Source of the DNA: a virus
Taxonomy: Duplodnaviria; Caudoviricetes
Reading direction: 5' to 3' (one strand)
IMG/VR virus record: IMGVR_UViG_3300021364_000072
Location: 1 to 36,344 of that record
Length of the DNA: 36,344 bases
The notes below the pieces were generated by a model. The model was not told the DNA's origin and did not search any database. It saw nothing but the letters and a program-made list of their open reading frames with translations. Made by a program: the position numbers and the translations under genes. Shown here piece after piece: positions 34,699-36,344 of the stretch. Position 1 is the stretch's first letter. The number at the start of each line of letters is the position of its first letter.

Positions 34699-35937
34699 TT
34701 AATCTCTATATACCGGTCTACCACCATCTTCACCACTTCCACCAGTGTTACCACTTGAACCATCATCATCATTATCAGTTGGTGGATTATCACCACCTGG
34801 TCTTGAATCATCCTCAGGAATTTCTCCATTATTTGTTGTATCTATTATCCATTGGTTGTTGATAGCATCCCATTCATAATATGTACCATTGAAAAGTACA
34901 GTCTCACCTGGTTGAACTCCTCTTCTACCAATTGGTGGGAATGAACCAGCTGCTGGGTCTGGTGGTGAATCTGGGTCTTCTTTATAATCACCATCACCTG
35001 TTTTTCCACTAGCTCCTCCAGTGTTATCATCTTTATCATCTACTTTATCTGATGGTGTTTCTTCATCTGCCTTTTCTTTTGTATAGGAATCAAACTCACC
35101 TAAATCAGAAGCTGGTATTAATCTATCATCATAATTTTGCGCTGGTTTTGTTACTACCCAAGTTATGTATCTAAGTAATTCTATAATATCATATGATGGA
35201 TATGCAACCAATACCTTATCTGCACCAACTTCATAATTTGAATTAACAAACAAGTTTCTTTTTACTTCAACTTGACCAGCTATTTCGTTTCTATTTAAAT
35301 TAATAGTTAATTCTTTTTTTCTTAGGAATTCAACTTTTTCTTTTAATGGTTTTATATCAACTACTACAATATTTTTTTCTTCAATAATATCATTTACACC
35401 AAATGGTCTACCTTCATTGTATTCGTTAATAAGTAAATCATAAAACTCTCTGGTTGCATATAAATCAGGAATAGAACCTTCGCCATCTTTTAAACAAAGA
35501 AGAAAATCAAAATCAACCTCATCATCACCAATTACATTTATTTTACTTAAATCATATGTGGGAACCGAAACAAAGTTTTGAGGATATTCCCCAGTTATAT
35601 TTATAATACCATTTTCTACAAAATTACCAACCGATTCCTTTACAACTTCACCATCATCATCTAATTGTTCTCTTAAATTTTTAGATGGTGGTTTTGTTAC
35701 TACTTCATCATTTTTGAGAAGAGGTACTGTATCTGCAATAACGTTTTCATCATCGACTTGCTTAGGTGTTTTATTAGGGGGATTTGGTGGTGGAGGTGGC
35801 GGTGGGGGAAATGGTGGTACAGCTGATGCTGGTGGAGTGGGGTTCGAATTAGTATTACCTCCACTATTAGTATTACCTCCAGTAGTAGTTTCATCAAATC
35901 CAACAAGTCCCAATCCAGTATTTCTTGGTTCAGCCAT
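34699..35937 (-). CDS. Hypothetical protein with disordered Pro/Gly/Asp-rich termini (probable late/virion protein)
   Basis: 412 aa with a P8 tract and GGNTNS x2. Preceded by ATATTTATA. Confidence 0.75.
   Translation of the reverse strand: MAEPRNTGLGLVGFDETTTGGNTNSGGNTNSNPTPPASAVPPFPPPPPPPPNPPNKTPKQVDDENVIADTVPLLKNDEVVTKPPSKNLREQLDDDGEVVKESVGNFVENGIINITGEYPQNFVSVPTYDLSKINVIGDDEVDFDFLLCLKDGEGSIPDLYATREFYDLLINEYNEGRPFGVNDIIEEKNIVVVDIKPLKEKVEFLRKKELTINLNRNEIAGQVEVKRNLFVNSNYEVGADKVLVAYPSYDIIELLRYITWVVTKPAQNYDDRLIPASDLGEFDSYTKEKADEETPSDKVDDKDDNTGGASGKTGDGDYKEDPDSPPDPAAGSFPPIGRRGVQPGETVLFNGTYYEWDAINNQWIIDTTNNGEIPEDDSRPGGDNPPTDNDDDGSSGNTGGSGEDGGRPVYRD
35848..35883. repeat. 18-bp tandem duplication encoding GGNTNS x2
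   Basis: attagtattacctccact attagtattacctccagt. Confidence 0.85.
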
Positions 35938-35952
35938 TATAATTTCTTTCTA

Positions 35953-35961
35953 TATAAATAT
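35953..35961 (-). promoter_or_regulatory. Putative late promoter motif ATATTTATA
   Basis: 15 nt upstream of ATG 35937. Confidence 0.65.
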
Positions 35962-35977
35962 TGAAGTTTGAGAAAGA

Positions 35978-36344
35978 TTAGATTCCGTTGTGCCCAGTAT
36001 CATAGAACTGAACTTTTACACCAGCTTCTTCAAACATCTTCCAACTTCGTTCAGCTGATTCTTCCCATTTGATTCCCTTAGCACCATGCCCAGCTCTTTC
36101 ACAAAAGATTCGTACAATTCCAGCATTGATAATTCCTCTAGCACAATCAGAACAAGGGATACCACAACTTAGATACATTGTACATCCTTTAGTAGAAACA
36201 CCAATACGAGCTGCATTATAAATAGCGTTTCTTTCAGCATGTTCAAACCAAAAATACTTTTCTGGTCTTTCTTGTCTTTCCCTTATATTATCATCGATAC
36301 CTCTTGGGAATGAATTGTAACCAGTAGATACAATCTCTTTATCT
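35978..36344 (-). CDS. dCMP deaminase (start lies outside the window)
   Basis: Frame is open to the window edge: ...IVSTGYNSFPRG...FEHAERNAI...PCSDCARGIINAGI (HAE and PCxxC Zn motifs). Confidence 0.93.
   Translation of the reverse strand, partial: DKEIVSTGYNSFPRGIDDNIRERQERPEKYFWFEHAERNAIYNAARIGVSTKGCTMYLSCGIPCSDCARGIINAGIVRIFCERAGHGAKGIKWEESAERSWKMFEEAGVKVQFYDTGHNGI

Noticed and set aside
34845-35906. Nested ORFs 34845..35039 and 35700..35906
   Set aside because: These are alternate-frame artefacts of low-complexity parts of the 412-aa gene.
5108-35971. All plus-strand ORFs in the track (e.g. 5427..5831, 19811..20242, 28806..29462)
   Set aside because: Each lies antisense to a longer minus-strand gene and has shadow-frame composition with no recognisable motifs.
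1-36344. Stop-codon reassignment as in Lak or some crAss-like phages
   Set aside because: Long genes are intact under code 11, and TAA, TAG (26525, 30783, 33620) and TGA (ATGA overlaps) all end genes at sensible positions.
1-36344. CRISPR array, tRNA, IS element, diversity-generating retroelement
   Set aside because: No regularly spaced repeats, cloverleaf, transposase, reverse transcriptase or TR/VR pair was seen. Intergenic gaps are short and mostly explained by promoters or terminators.

Overview
This 36.3-kb AT-rich (roughly 30% GC by eye) window comes from a large myovirus-type (jumbo/T4-superfamily-like) phage genome. All credible genes lie on the minus strand and use the standard bacterial code. 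The host is most likely Bacteroidota: six promoters match the TTTG-N20-TAnnTTTG housekeeping pattern, and most start regions are AT-rich without a Shine-Dalgarno sequence. In transcription order (right to left) the window holds: dCMP deaminase, a Pro/Gly-tailed protein, PhoH, early small genes, a HAD deoxyribonucleotidase, a lipoprotein, an HD hydrolase, Hsp20, a membrane protein with EF-like loops, UvsE, a cupin, a catalytically dead peptide-deformylase homologue and a gp55-like sigma factor. Next comes a complete phage-borne two-component operon (PAS histidine kinase, stand-alone receiver, coiled-coil membrane protein), then an ~18-kb baseplate/tail module (gp5-like spike, gp25, gp6, gp7/gpI-like, split gpH-like domains). 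The window ends with a GIY-YIG nuclease, DNA primase and a single-chain Mre11-Rad50 (SbcD-SbcC) fusion. A second promoter-like motif, ATA(T/C)TTAT(A/T), whose core is the reverse complement of the T4 late promoter, precedes ten genes or operons. Three small genes missing from the ORF track were found by hand. No tRNA, CRISPR array or transposon was seen. Family assignments rest on recognised motifs, not database searches.
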